From positions 1-56,771 of the forward strand of contig JAQBTH010000002.1 of assembly GCA_027623425.1 (NCBI GenBank): a DNA stretch of 56,771 nucleotides, read 5' to 3'. This DNA comes from a bacterium (GTDB lineage: Bacteria; Margulisbacteria; Marinamargulisbacteria; UBA817; JAQBTH01). The position numbers and the translations under genes were made by a program. Numbering within the stretch: the stretch's first letter is position 1; every line of letters begins with the position of its first letter. This document shows positions 33,032-41,062 of the stretch, in pieces. The notes beneath the pieces were generated by a model, which saw nothing but the letters and a program-made list of their open reading frames with translations, did not search any database and had not been told where the DNA came from.

Positions 33032-33856
33032 TTGGAGGCAACTTTGAGCACTAGGCACATTATTTTTAGATCTGTTTTTGGCCTTGCTTTGGTGATGGCC
33101 ACTTTTAGTGTTGCCTATGCCCATGACATTCAATTACGCAGTGATGTGGTGAATGGTCGTTTGGTGCCGCAGATCGAGATTAATGGTAAAAAAGTTGTGC
33201 GTATTCAAGACAAGGGGCCAAAGGGGCGTTTTGAATCGAATTTTGACCGCGCAGAACAAATCTATTTAAACCTTGTGGAGTTGGAAGAAAAAGGCCAGGA
33301 AATTGGGCACATTCGCGTACGTCGTATTAATCGTGAGTATACGGCATATGTGGGTCGTAACCGTATATTTACTATTACAAAAGGTGATATATTGGCGAAT
33401 GACTCAACATCAGAGTATCAGTTAGCAAGTTTGTGGGTACAAAATATTCGAGATGCTGTTGCTGTTGTTGGTACCGATTCAGATGGTGGTGTGGATATGC
33501 CGTTGGCAGCTGACGCCCATGAAAAGGAAGTAAAGAAAGACCAACAAGAACGGATGTTCCCGTTGGTTTTTGTATTGAATTCTTTGGCTAAGAGTGGCGC
33601 GATGATGCTGATTATTCAACTGTTGTTTTTGGGCGTGTTTCAGGTGTTGGTCGCCTATGGGGTTGTGCATTATGTGATGAAGCGTCAGATGGCGAGGGAT
33701 CGGGTGATTCAAGGCCGATTAGATAAAATACAGCATGCAGTGGGTCAATTAAAACAGCAAGCAAATACAACTCAGAACGATGTAAAATTGATGAAAAAGA
33801 AAACCGAGCGCAAAAGTGGGGCCTCACCGTTGGATATGTTACGCACAAGCGGGTAG
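33032..33856 (+). CDS. Hypothetical exported/membrane protein (274 aa)
   Basis: Signal-like N-terminus FRSVFGLALVMATFSVAYA, soluble domain, C-terminal TM pair (GAMMLIIQLLFLGVFQVLVAYGVVHYV) and a basic coiled tail. An alternative TTG start at 33044 lies behind a GGAGG. Confidence 0.65.
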   Translation: MEATLSTRHIIFRSVFGLALVMATFSVAYAHDIQLRSDVVNGRLVPQIEINGKKVVRIQDKGPKGRFESNFDRAEQIYLNLVELEEKGQEIGHIRVRRINREYTAYVGRNRIFTITKGDILANDSTSEYQLASLWVQNIRDAVAVVGTDSDGGVDMPLAADAHEKEVKKDQQERMFPLVFVLNSLAKSGAMMLIIQLLFLGVFQVLVAYGVVHYVMKRQMARDRVIQGRLDKIQHAVGQLKQQANTTQNDVKLMKKKTERKSGASPLDMLRTSG

Positions 33857-33902
33857 AATCCACACGCATTTGGGCGTTTTGATTTGAGGCATGTAGGCCG
33901 GC

Positions 33903-35261
33903 TTATTTTCCCACACAAAATCGTGAGAAAATGCCATCTAGTACGTCTTCGTTAATTTCATCGCCGGAGAGTTCGTCTAATTGTCGAATTGCGGCTTTTA
34001 AGTTAATCGCCAGTAAATCGTCAGCATGCCCTTCGGCGGTGGTGGTTTGCAGTTCATCTAGTTCGGCTTTGATCGCTTCGATGCAGTGGATCTGCCGAAC
34101 GTTGCATAGGGTGGCCTCATCGAGTTGCTCAAGACTGTTTACAAAATCCTGCACGAGCTGCGCTTTGAGTGTGTCTATACCGGTGCCAGTTGTTGCGCTG
34201 ATGGGAATGGTTGTGAATGTGCTCAATGCGGGGTCATCAGCGCGCACCACTGGAACTAGGTCAGATTTGTTCAGTAACGCGTAACGGTGGGCTTTTTCGT
34301 GGGCAATGCGGCAAATCTCTGCGCTATTGTCTGGTAGCGCGATGCTGGAATCGATCATCCAGATTACGGCGTGGGCGTTTTTGATCAGTTCGTTTATTTT
34401 ACTGATGCCTGCTTCTTCGATCGCATCTGTGGCCTGGCGCATACCGGCGGTATCGGTAAACTGGAATTGCAGACCGCCTAAGGTGAGGGTGCTGTTAATG
34501 TAATCTCTGGTTGTGCCGGCGGTATCGCTAACGATGGCTCGTGATTCGCCAAGAAGGGCGTTAAGAAGAGACGATTTGCCTGCGTTAGGTGCGCCTAGAA
34601 TCAGGCAGTTTACGCCTGAAAACACGTAAGCGCCGTAATCTTTGTTTGCAAGGACGCTTTTTGCAAATTCTAAGGCGTTGGAAATGGCAGTATTTAGTTG
34701 TTCTCTTGGAATGCGATCTACTTCATCAGGGAAGTTAATTGAGGCTTCGATGTGTTCTAAACAGTGAAATAACCCCGCTTTTAGCGCTGCTATTTTTTGG
34801 TGCAGTGCGCCTTGGTAATGGTGCAGGGACACTTGTCGTCCTTTTTCCGATTTGCTGTCAATTAAATCTATAATGGATTCGGCTTCGGTTAGGCTTAACT
34901 TCCCATTTAGGAAGGCGCGCTTTGAAAATTCCCCTGCTGGAGCTAATTCTGCGCCTAAGTTGAGGCAGATTCCTAATAATCGTTCTAGAATCACCATGCT
35001 GCCGTGGCATTGTAGTTCTACCACGTCTTCGCCAGTGAACGAATTTGGCCCTTTAAAATATAGAGCAAGCCCTTCATCTATTTGTAAGCTGTCTGCTGGG
35101 TTTCTAAACGTGGCGAAATGGGCAAATCGGGGTGTTAGCTTTTCAAGCCCGGTGATGTTGCAACCAATGGCGTGTGCCGTATCGCCGGATATGCGAATAA
35201 TACCCACGCCGCCAGAGCCAGGCGGGGTGGCGATTGCAGCAATTGTATCGAAATTAAGCAG
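33903..35261 (-). CDS. mnmE: tRNA modification GTPase MnmE (start codon uncertain)
   Basis: GAPNAGKSSLLNAL, DTAGMR, NKSD, C-terminal FCVGK. The conserved N-terminus FDTIAAIATPPGSGGVGIIRISG is encoded upstream of the first canonical start (GTG 35207). Confidence 0.9.
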   Translation of the reverse strand: MLNFDTIAAIATPPGSGGVGIIRISGDTAHAIGCNITGLEKLTPRFAHFATFRNPADSLQIDEGLALYFKGPNSFTGEDVVELQCHGSMVILERLLGICLNLGAELAPAGEFSKRAFLNGKLSLTEAESIIDLIDSKSEKGRQVSLHHYQGALHQKIAALKAGLFHCLEHIEASINFPDEVDRIPREQLNTAISNALEFAKSVLANKDYGAYVFSGVNCLILGAPNAGKSSLLNALLGESRAIVSDTAGTTRDYINSTLTLGGLQFQFTDTAGMRQATDAIEEAGISKINELIKNAHAVIWMIDSSIALPDNSAEICRIAHEKAHRYALLNKSDLVPVVRADDPALSTFTTIPISATTGTGIDTLKAQLVQDFVNSLEQLDEATLCNVRQIHCIEAIKAELDELQTTTAEGHADDLLAINLKAAIRQLDELSGDEINEDVLDGIFSRFCVGK

Positions 35262-35811
35262 TGGTTTCTGCGCGTCGTTCGATTACCACGCGGCGGGTGG
35301 GGCCTTCACCAACACTGTAAGACATCAATTCTTCATGTTCTTTAAATAGCATGTGAATGGCGCGTCGTTCTGCGGCAGACATGGGGTTCAATTCCTGTTT
35401 GTTCGTTTCTTTAGATATTAGTTGGGCGGCTTGCAGTGCCTGATTTTGGGCTTTATCCATGCGTTTTTGTTTATATCCGCCTGCATCAACGGCGACTTTT
35501 ACCCGTTCACCGTATGTTTTGAACATCATTGCTTTGATTAATGTTTGGAGGCTTTCGACTGTGTTTCCATCACGACCAATGATGCGTCCTGTGTCGTCGG
35601 TTTCTTCTATTTCTAGTGAAATTAATTCCTCTTCAATACGTGCGGTAACATCGCCTTCAAATCCACAGCGTTTTAGCAACTCTTCAAGTAATTCTTTTGC
35701 GCCATTTACTAATTTAGGCGATATATTTGAATCGGCAACCGCTGAACTTTCTAAAGTACTTTCCTCTGATTCTTTCCCTTTAAAGAAGCTAAAAAGTCCT
35801 TTTTTACTCAT
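35254..35811 (-). CDS. jag: Jag/KhpB-type RNA-binding protein (KH + R3H)
   Basis: Position between yidC and mnmE. KH-like GRIIGRDGNTVESLQ and R3H-like ERRAIHMLFKEHEELMSYSVGEGPTRRVVI. Confidence 0.85.
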   Translation of the reverse strand: MSKKGLFSFFKGKESEESTLESSAVADSNISPKLVNGAKELLEELLKRCGFEGDVTARIEEELISLEIEETDDTGRIIGRDGNTVESLQTLIKAMMFKTYGERVKVAVDAGGYKQKRMDKAQNQALQAAQLISKETNKQELNPMSAAERRAIHMLFKEHEELMSYSVGEGPTRRVVIERRAETTA

Positions 35812-36490
35812 TCTCTTGTCCTTTCGCGATTACGACCGCATTCGAATTTGGTTTCATAATAAAGTATTGTTGGGCAGCTGAAATCATTTGGCTAGTCGCC
35901 CAATATAATAATACACCAGCCGGCATCTTTAAACTCACAAATACCATTACAATTGGAATAATGGCCATGATTTTTGCTTGGTTTGGATCTGTTGATGACG
36001 GTGTTAATTTCTGAGTTAGGTAAGTTGAAAGACCAATGAGGGCTGGAAGAATATAGAAGGGGTCAGGTTGGGCTAAATTGGTTATCCAGAATGATGTAAA
36101 CCCTGGGTTTGAGCCAACTGTACTGATAAGTGCATTGAAGCTATCCGATGAAATGGTGTAGAAGATTGCGAATAGAAATGGCAATTGGATAATCATGGGT
36201 AGGCAGCCACCGAACGGATTCACGTCATTTGCTTTGTACAGCCTCATCATTTCTTGTTGAAGTTGTTGTGGATTACTTTTGTGTTTTTCACGGATCTTTT
36301 TGAATTCAGGCATCAATTCTTGCATGCGTTTCATAGAGGTGAATTGTTTTTGTGTGAGAGGGTAGAAAATGAGTTTAATGAGTAGGGTTAGTAATATGAT
36401 GGCGACGCCGTAGTTGGGGTAAAAACTCGTGTATGTGAATTTTAAAAACGGTATCATTAGCTGTTCAACTAGAAAATTAATGGGGCCCAT
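35804..36490 (-). CDS. yidC: Membrane protein insertase YidC, short (Oxa1/YidC2-like) form without large periplasmic domain
   Basis: GVAIILLTLLIKLIFYPLTQKQ, NPFGGCLPMIIQLPFLFA, LLYWATSQMISAAQQ; only 228 aa. Confidence 0.9.
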   Translation of the reverse strand: MGPINFLVEQLMIPFLKFTYTSFYPNYGVAIILLTLLIKLIFYPLTQKQFTSMKRMQELMPEFKKIREKHKSNPQQLQQEMMRLYKANDVNPFGGCLPMIIQLPFLFAIFYTISSDSFNALISTVGSNPGFTSFWITNLAQPDPFYILPALIGLSTYLTQKLTPSSTDPNQAKIMAIIPIVMVFVSLKMPAGVLLYWATSQMISAAQQYFIMKPNSNAVVIAKGQENE

Positions 36491-36502
36491 AGGGGTTCCT
36501 CC

Positions 36503-36724
36503 TTACGATTTGGGGGGTACCGGATCGATACCGCCATCCGAGAATGGATGGCAACGCATAATGCGTGTACTGCATAATTGTAGCCCTTTTATGGTGCCAT
36601 GAGAAGAGATAGCTTCTTTGCAATAGTCTGAGCAACTGGGATAGAAGCGGCAATTTTTTCCCAGTAACGGGGAGATGGTCCATTGATATAGGGTTATTAT
36701 TCCCCGAATTACCTTGTTTATCAT
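36503..36724 (-). CDS. yidD: Membrane protein insertion efficiency factor YidD
   Basis: [27 protein letters not shown]......[17 protein letters not shown]. Confidence 0.92.
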   Translation of the reverse strand: MINKVIRGIITLYQWTISPLLGKNCRFYPSCSDYCKEAISSHGTIKGLQLCSTRIMRCHPFSDGGIDPVPPKS

Positions 36725-37074
36725 TTGTTAAGTTTGGAAAAGGTTGCTTTTACAGCATCAACGATATGGGAAAATTCTGCGGTTAAAACAATGGGCTTAG
36801 TCAGAAAAATAAGATCGGTTTGTGGTGGTGCATCAGCTAAAAGTAAGCGAATGGCTTCTTTTACGCGGCGTTTACACCGGTTTCTATCGTGGGCTTTCCC
36901 TATTTTTTTGGGGCTTGCAACGGCAATTTTTCCAAATTCGGTTTTGGCTGGTGATGAGATGACTTGATAATATAAAGTATGGTTCCAACGGCCAGATTTA
37001 AAGACAGCTTGAAAATGTGACTTATCCCGCAAGCGACGCTCAACGGGAAATTCATAGTGTTGGGATGGTTGCAT
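36721..37074 (-). CDS. rnpA: Ribonuclease P protein component
   Basis: 117 aa, basic. RNR-like motif [21 protein letters not shown]. Positioned between rpmH and yidD. Confidence 0.9.
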   Translation of the reverse strand: MQPSQHYEFPVERRLRDKSHFQAVFKSGRWNHTLYYQVISSPAKTEFGKIAVASPKKIGKAHDRNRCKRRVKEAIRLLLADAPPQTDLIFLTKPIVLTAEFSHIVDAVKATFSKLNK

Positions 37075-37084
37075 TTAGCGGAAA

Positions 37085-37219
37085 CTAAACAGCGATTTTA
37101 TGACGGCCCTTACGGCGACGAGCACTAATTACTCTGCGGCCACCGACTGTTCTCATGCGAACACGGAAACCATGTTTTTTGTGACGTTTGCGTTGATTGG
37201 GTTGAAAAGTACGTTTCAT
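37085..37219 (-). CDS. rpmH: 50S ribosomal protein L34
   Basis: Not in the ORF track (44 aa). Minus-strand translation: [52 protein letters not shown] upstream. Confidence 0.95.
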   Translation of the reverse strand: MKRTFQPNQRKRHKKHGFRVRMRTVGGRRVISARRRKGRHKIAV

Positions 37220-37272
37220 AATTTTACCTTCTTAGAGCCTTACTTTAAGGCCAAAATTTCCTCAGGGAGAAT

Positions 37273-37301
37273 ATATTATATAGAATAGCTTTATTTGTCA
37301 A
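37273..37301 (-). promoter_or_regulatory. Sigma-70-type promoter candidate for rpmH-rnpA-yidD-yidC-jag-mnmE
   Basis: Minus strand: TTGACA (37296-37301) - 17 nt - TAATAT (37273-37278). Overlaps the stop region of ORF 37291-37695. Confidence 0.55.
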
Positions 37302-37695
37302 CGGGATTTGTTCCGGTTTCGGGTTGTGTAGTGATTACTTTGTTGGCTGTTTGGATGCTAGGTGATGTTGTCTTGCCGTCACATGCGTCACATGCGCTAC
37401 ATGCTTTTTCACATGTTCGGATACAGCATTGTTGCGACATAGGGGCAAACGGTGCGGTGACGCATGCCATTAGACCCGTAACAGCTGCACCTATTAGTAA
37501 TGAGGGGGTTTGTGTCGCTGCTGCAGCGATGGTTAAGCCGGCTGAGATTGCGCCGCATGCGGTTTCACCGATATTTAATATACAACCAACGGCGGCATTG
37601 TTCTCGGCTATGATTCGCTTTGCAGCGGCGGCACGTTTTGGTTCATCCATGGCGCGTTTTTGAGTATTGCTAGATGTAGGGTGTACGCGTGTCAT
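37291..37695 (-). CDS. Small Gly/Ala/Cys-rich membrane protein (134 aa) with C-terminal Cys cluster
   Basis: Polar basic N-terminus, hydrophobic GxxxG/A-rich core (ACGAISAGLTIAAAATQTPSLLIGAAVTGLMACVTAPF), then QQCCIRTCEKACSACDACDGK. Confidence 0.5.
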   Translation of the reverse strand: MTRVHPTSSNTQKRAMDEPKRAAAAKRIIAENNAAVGCILNIGETACGAISAGLTIAAAATQTPSLLIGAAVTGLMACVTAPFAPMSQQCCIRTCEKACSACDACDGKTTSPSIQTANKVITTQPETGTNPVDK

Positions 37696-37846
37696 ACTTC
37701 ACTTTCATCGCGGCGTGCGGTAGTTGTTACGGCGGCTTTGGGTGGTAAGCTATTCTCGCTGGTAGAGGATGGAGTATCACGTGCATCGCCATCATTTTGG
37801 TCGACCCATGCTATGGTTCTGCGCGGCTCATGGGTATAGATTTGGG

Positions 37847-38119
37847 TTACAGCCACTTTATTTCCTTTGGCGCAGGGTGTCTGACGAGCAATCTGCCGTC
37901 ATTCCTATTCCCAACTAATGAAAGTATACCACATACTATGGGTAACTCTGCTCCGCATGCAGACTGACCTGCATATGCTGCTAATGCACCAGAGACAACC
38001 GTGGCGACTCCTGCAGCGCATCCGACTGTTCCTGCAAAAGCACGGCAGTCATCCTTTCCAGAACGATGATGAGTCGAAGGCGTTGAAACAGGGTTGCGGG
38101 TGATTGGAGGTGTTGCCAT
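37847..38119 (-). CDS. Small Gly/Ala/Cys-rich membrane protein (90 aa)
   Basis: AAGGAG SD. Same layout as ORF 37291-37695 (polar N-terminus, then AFAGTVGCAAGVATVVSGALAAYAGQSACGAELPIVCGILSLVG). The last ~25 codons run through a hairpin-repeat copy. Confidence 0.5.
   Translation of the reverse strand: MATPPITRNPVSTPSTHHRSGKDDCRAFAGTVGCAAGVATVVSGALAAYAGQSACGAELPIVCGILSLVGNRNDGRLLVRHPAPKEIKWL
37896..37915 (-). repeat. Degenerate hairpin-repeat copy (GGGAATGACGG family) inside the 3' end of ORF 37847-38119
   Basis: Revcomp reads GTTGGGAATAGGAATGACGG. Confidence 0.55.
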
Positions 38120-38238
38120 TTTATGTCTCCTTTATACGTAAAATATATTCAAAAAATACTTGAATAACGTAAAATTTTCAAGCTGCCTAGTTCCGTTGAT
38201 TTTAGGTGGTGTGGTATGGGATTTGGTGAGTGTGTATA

Positions 38239-39591
38239 ATGAGAATAATGTTTCAATTCAATCAACTGGCGAATATTATCACTTTTACGCGTATTCTAGG
38301 TGTTGGCCTGATTTTTTGGGTTACCCCTTACACGACAAATTTTTGGTTGCTCACTGCGGTGCTCATTTTTATTTTTGTGGCGCTCACTGATTTTTTAGAT
38401 GGGTGGGTGGCCCGGCGGTTTAACCAAGTGTCTGACTTGGGTAAAATGATGGACCCACTTGCGGATAAAATCTTAGTGTTAATCTTTTTGCCTTTATTGG
38501 AAATGCAAATGATTACCTCATTTCCAGTGTTTATTATATTGGCGAGAGAATTTGCAATAATGGCCTTACGGGTCATGGCGGCAACTAAAGGCGGCACTGT
38601 GGTTGCGGCGCAGTTTTCAGGCAAGTTAAAAACAGCCTTAACATTCCCACTTTGCGGTATTTTAATGGGTAGAGTGCCCGTTGATGTTGTGCCGAATTTA
38701 CCGTGGATACTTCAGCCTTTGGAATGGCTTCGTCAGTGGGTAATTACCTGGCCGCAGTATGTGATATCGGTCTTGGTGTTCTTAACAGTCTTAGTGACGA
38801 TTTGGAGCTTCTTGGATTATTTCGGAAGTTTTATTTGGAATTTTTATATGAATGCGCGGGGTTTAGATAATGATGAAGCCCGTCGGCGTGTCAGGTCTAT
38901 TGTGCCAAATACGTTTTCGTTTTTGAATTTGGCGTGCGGGTTAGGCGCCGCTGTTTTAGCTTGGTATGGCAATTTGCATTTGGCGGTATTAATGGTGCTT
39001 TTAGGTACGTTTTTGGATGCCTTTGATGGGGCGTTGGCGCGAAAGTTAGATGCCTTTTCGGAGTTTGGTGCGGCGTTAGATAGCAAGGCTGATATTGCCA
39101 GCTTTGGTGTGGCACCTGCGTTTTTAACCTACCGATTTTTAACCCAATTTGGAGTGTTATGGGGATGGGCTGGGGCTGCTTTGGCGATATTTTATTTTAT
39201 AAGCGTGCAATTTCGTCTGCGTCGATTTTCGCGAGGTGGTCACTCGGAATTCTTTGAAGGGTTGCCATCGCCTGCTGGTGCTGGTGCCGTGGTGTTATAT
39301 GCTATCTGTGATTTTTCATTGCCCCCTATTTATTTTGTAGCCTTGGTGAGCATGGTGTGTATTTTAATGACTTCGCGTATACCCTATGCTCATTTGGATA
39401 TCGCTAAAAAGGCGCGCTTTATTTTTGTATTGAAGTGGTTAACGGCGATTACTTTTCCACTAGCGGTATTGAAGTTTGCTGGTTTGCCTTACGCCCAAGA
39501 TTTGTATGCTTATGAGTTGCTATTAAGCTTGGTTGGGTTGTATTTGGTCTCACCACTATTTTTTATGTTTCGGCATGAGCGAACCGACTAA
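38239..39591 (+). CDS. Tandem CDP-alcohol phosphatidyltransferase fusion: PgsA-like N-terminal half plus PssA-like C-terminal half
   Basis: Two complete D-G-x2-A-R-x8-G-x3-D-x3-D motifs: DGWVARRFNQVSDLGKMMDPLAD (first half) and DGALARKLDAFSEFGAALDSKAD (second half), each followed by multiple TM helices. Start could be ATG 38239, ATG 38248 or GTG 38230. Confidence 0.8.
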   Translation: MRIMFQFNQLANIITFTRILGVGLIFWVTPYTTNFWLLTAVLIFIFVALTDFLDGWVARRFNQVSDLGKMMDPLADKILVLIFLPLLEMQMITSFPVFIILAREFAIMALRVMAATKGGTVVAAQFSGKLKTALTFPLCGILMGRVPVDVVPNLPWILQPLEWLRQWVITWPQYVISVLVFLTVLVTIWSFLDYFGSFIWNFYMNARGLDNDEARRRVRSIVPNTFSFLNLACGLGAAVLAWYGNLHLAVLMVLLGTFLDAFDGALARKLDAFSEFGAALDSKADIASFGVAPAFLTYRFLTQFGVLWGWAGAALAIFYFISVQFRLRRFSRGGHSEFFEGLPSPAGAGAVVLYAICDFSLPPIYFVALVSMVCILMTSRIPYAHLDIAKKARFIFVLKWLTAITFPLAVLKFAGLPYAQDLYAYELLLSLVGLYLVSPLFFMFRHERTD

Positions 39592-41059
39592 GCTTTTAAT
39601 TGTTCGCCCTGATGCATTAGGGGATATGGTGTTTACCTTGCCTTTAATCTCTGCTTTAAAGCACTATTTTAATGGGGTTGAGGTGTGGGTGTTGGCATCG
39701 CCATATACCCGTGGCATTTTAGATGGGCATCCGGATGTGGATGGTGTGATTGAAGATTGGAAAAACTTTAAGCGTAAGTCGCCTGAAAAATCGCGTAAGG
39801 ACTATGTCGCTGCAATAAAAAGTTTTAAGTTTGATGCGGTGGTGTTGGTGTATATGGACTTGTTTTACGCGCGAGTGATGTCGGATGCGGGGATTCCGGT
39901 GCGCATTGGGGATGCTGGCCGATCAGGTTTTGGGCGCTACCTTACTCGGCAATGTGGCAAGGTGAATTTTAGAGACTTGTCTAAGCATGAAGTGGAATTG
40001 AATATGCAGTTGGTTAAGCCCTGGTTGGGTGGGGAAATTCCACCAGGTAAATTGCGCGTTTATGTTACAGATGTGGCGCGGGATAGTGTGCGAGATACAC
40101 TTAAAGAACGGGGTTTGAAGGGCGATAACTATGTGGTTATTCACCCCTCTATTGGGGCTGGGAATAGGGAATGGTACCCAGAACGTTACGCCGCGTTAAA
40201 TGATAAGTTGCAGGCCGAACTGGGTGTTCAGGTGGTACTGACGGGTGGCCCGAATGAAGCTAATAAAACAGCCGCAATCTCTGCAAAATGCAAACGGCGC
40301 CCAATTGATATGGCAGGCAAAAGTAGTATTGGTGAATTGATGGCTATTTTAGAGAGTTCCAAATTGGTCATAGGGGCGCAAACGGGGCCGGTGCATTTGG
40401 CAAGCGCGCTTGGAGTGCCTGTTTTGAGCGTGTCACCGACGAAATTTATAAAAAGTTTTCGTTGGGGGCCGTGGAAGGTGCCACACTTGGTTCTTACTGA
40501 CACGTCAACGTGCCCGCTTTTTTGCAATACATACAAAACGCCGTGTAGTGCGCCTTTCTGTGTGGATGCCATTGGGGTGAGCGCTGCGTTTGATGCGGCA
40601 CGCAAATTGTTGGAACTGCCAGAACGTTGCCCTGGTGTGTTAGACAAAGTGCATTGGTTTCAAAAATCTGGGGTGGTACTGCTACATGTGCAGCGTTGGC
40701 ATGACGACGCAGGTAGTCAGGCAATGCATTTTCGACGTATTTTGAAGTCTGTTGGGGTGCGAGTATTGGTTAGTTCGTATTCGGCTTCTGTGGCACGTGA
40801 TGCGTCGCGTCATTTGGGCACTAGTGTGTTTTGTGCGCGGCCTTGGCAGTTTAGACGGTGGGTGCGATTTTTGGCAGTAAATGATGTGACAATTTGGCAT
40901 TTTATCGGTGGACCAGCTGGGCGTTTTAGTGGCGCACTGCGTCAGCTATCGGCCCTTAAAATGTATGTGCCACCTGTAATCGTGCAAATTAGTGGGATGG
41001 TGGCAGATGGGGTAGGACTGATTAAGGAATATTTGGTAGAATGCCAGGGAGCGAGGTAA
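39575..41059 (+). CDS. Glycosyltransferase family 9 (LPS heptosyltransferase-like) with ~150-aa C-terminal extension
   Basis: LLIVRPDALGDMVFTLPLISALK, LTGGPNE, GPVHLASALGVPVLSV. Start at ATG 39575, overlapping the upstream gene by 17 nt. The extension from about nt 40607 has no recognised motif. Confidence 0.8.
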   Translation: MSEPTKLLIVRPDALGDMVFTLPLISALKHYFNGVEVWVLASPYTRGILDGHPDVDGVIEDWKNFKRKSPEKSRKDYVAAIKSFKFDAVVLVYMDLFYARVMSDAGIPVRIGDAGRSGFGRYLTRQCGKVNFRDLSKHEVELNMQLVKPWLGGEIPPGKLRVYVTDVARDSVRDTLKERGLKGDNYVVIHPSIGAGNREWYPERYAALNDKLQAELGVQVVLTGGPNEANKTAAISAKCKRRPIDMAGKSSIGELMAILESSKLVIGAQTGPVHLASALGVPVLSVSPTKFIKSFRWGPWKVPHLVLTDTSTCPLFCNTYKTPCSAPFCVDAIGVSAAFDAARKLLELPERCPGVLDKVHWFQKSGVVLLHVQRWHDDAGSQAMHFRRILKSVGVRVLVSSYSASVARDASRHLGTSVFCARPWQFRRWVRFLAVNDVTIWHFIGGPAGRFSGALRQLSALKMYVPPVIVQISGMVADGVGLIKEYLVECQGAR

Positions 41060-41062
41060 ATA

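Noticed and set aside
37100-37288. 62-aa plus-strand ORF from the track.
   Set aside because: It is the antisense shadow of rpmH (L34, 37085-37219, minus strand), whose translation is a textbook L34 sequence.
37220-38229. Replication origin near rpmH-rnpA-yidC, with gyrB-gyrA also in the window.
   Set aside because: There is no dnaA or dnaN gene, and I saw no cluster of TTATCCACA-type boxes. Only isolated partial matches occur (for example near 19052 and 21936). rpmH and gyrBA are on the same strand 16 kb apart, unlike the canonical origin layout.
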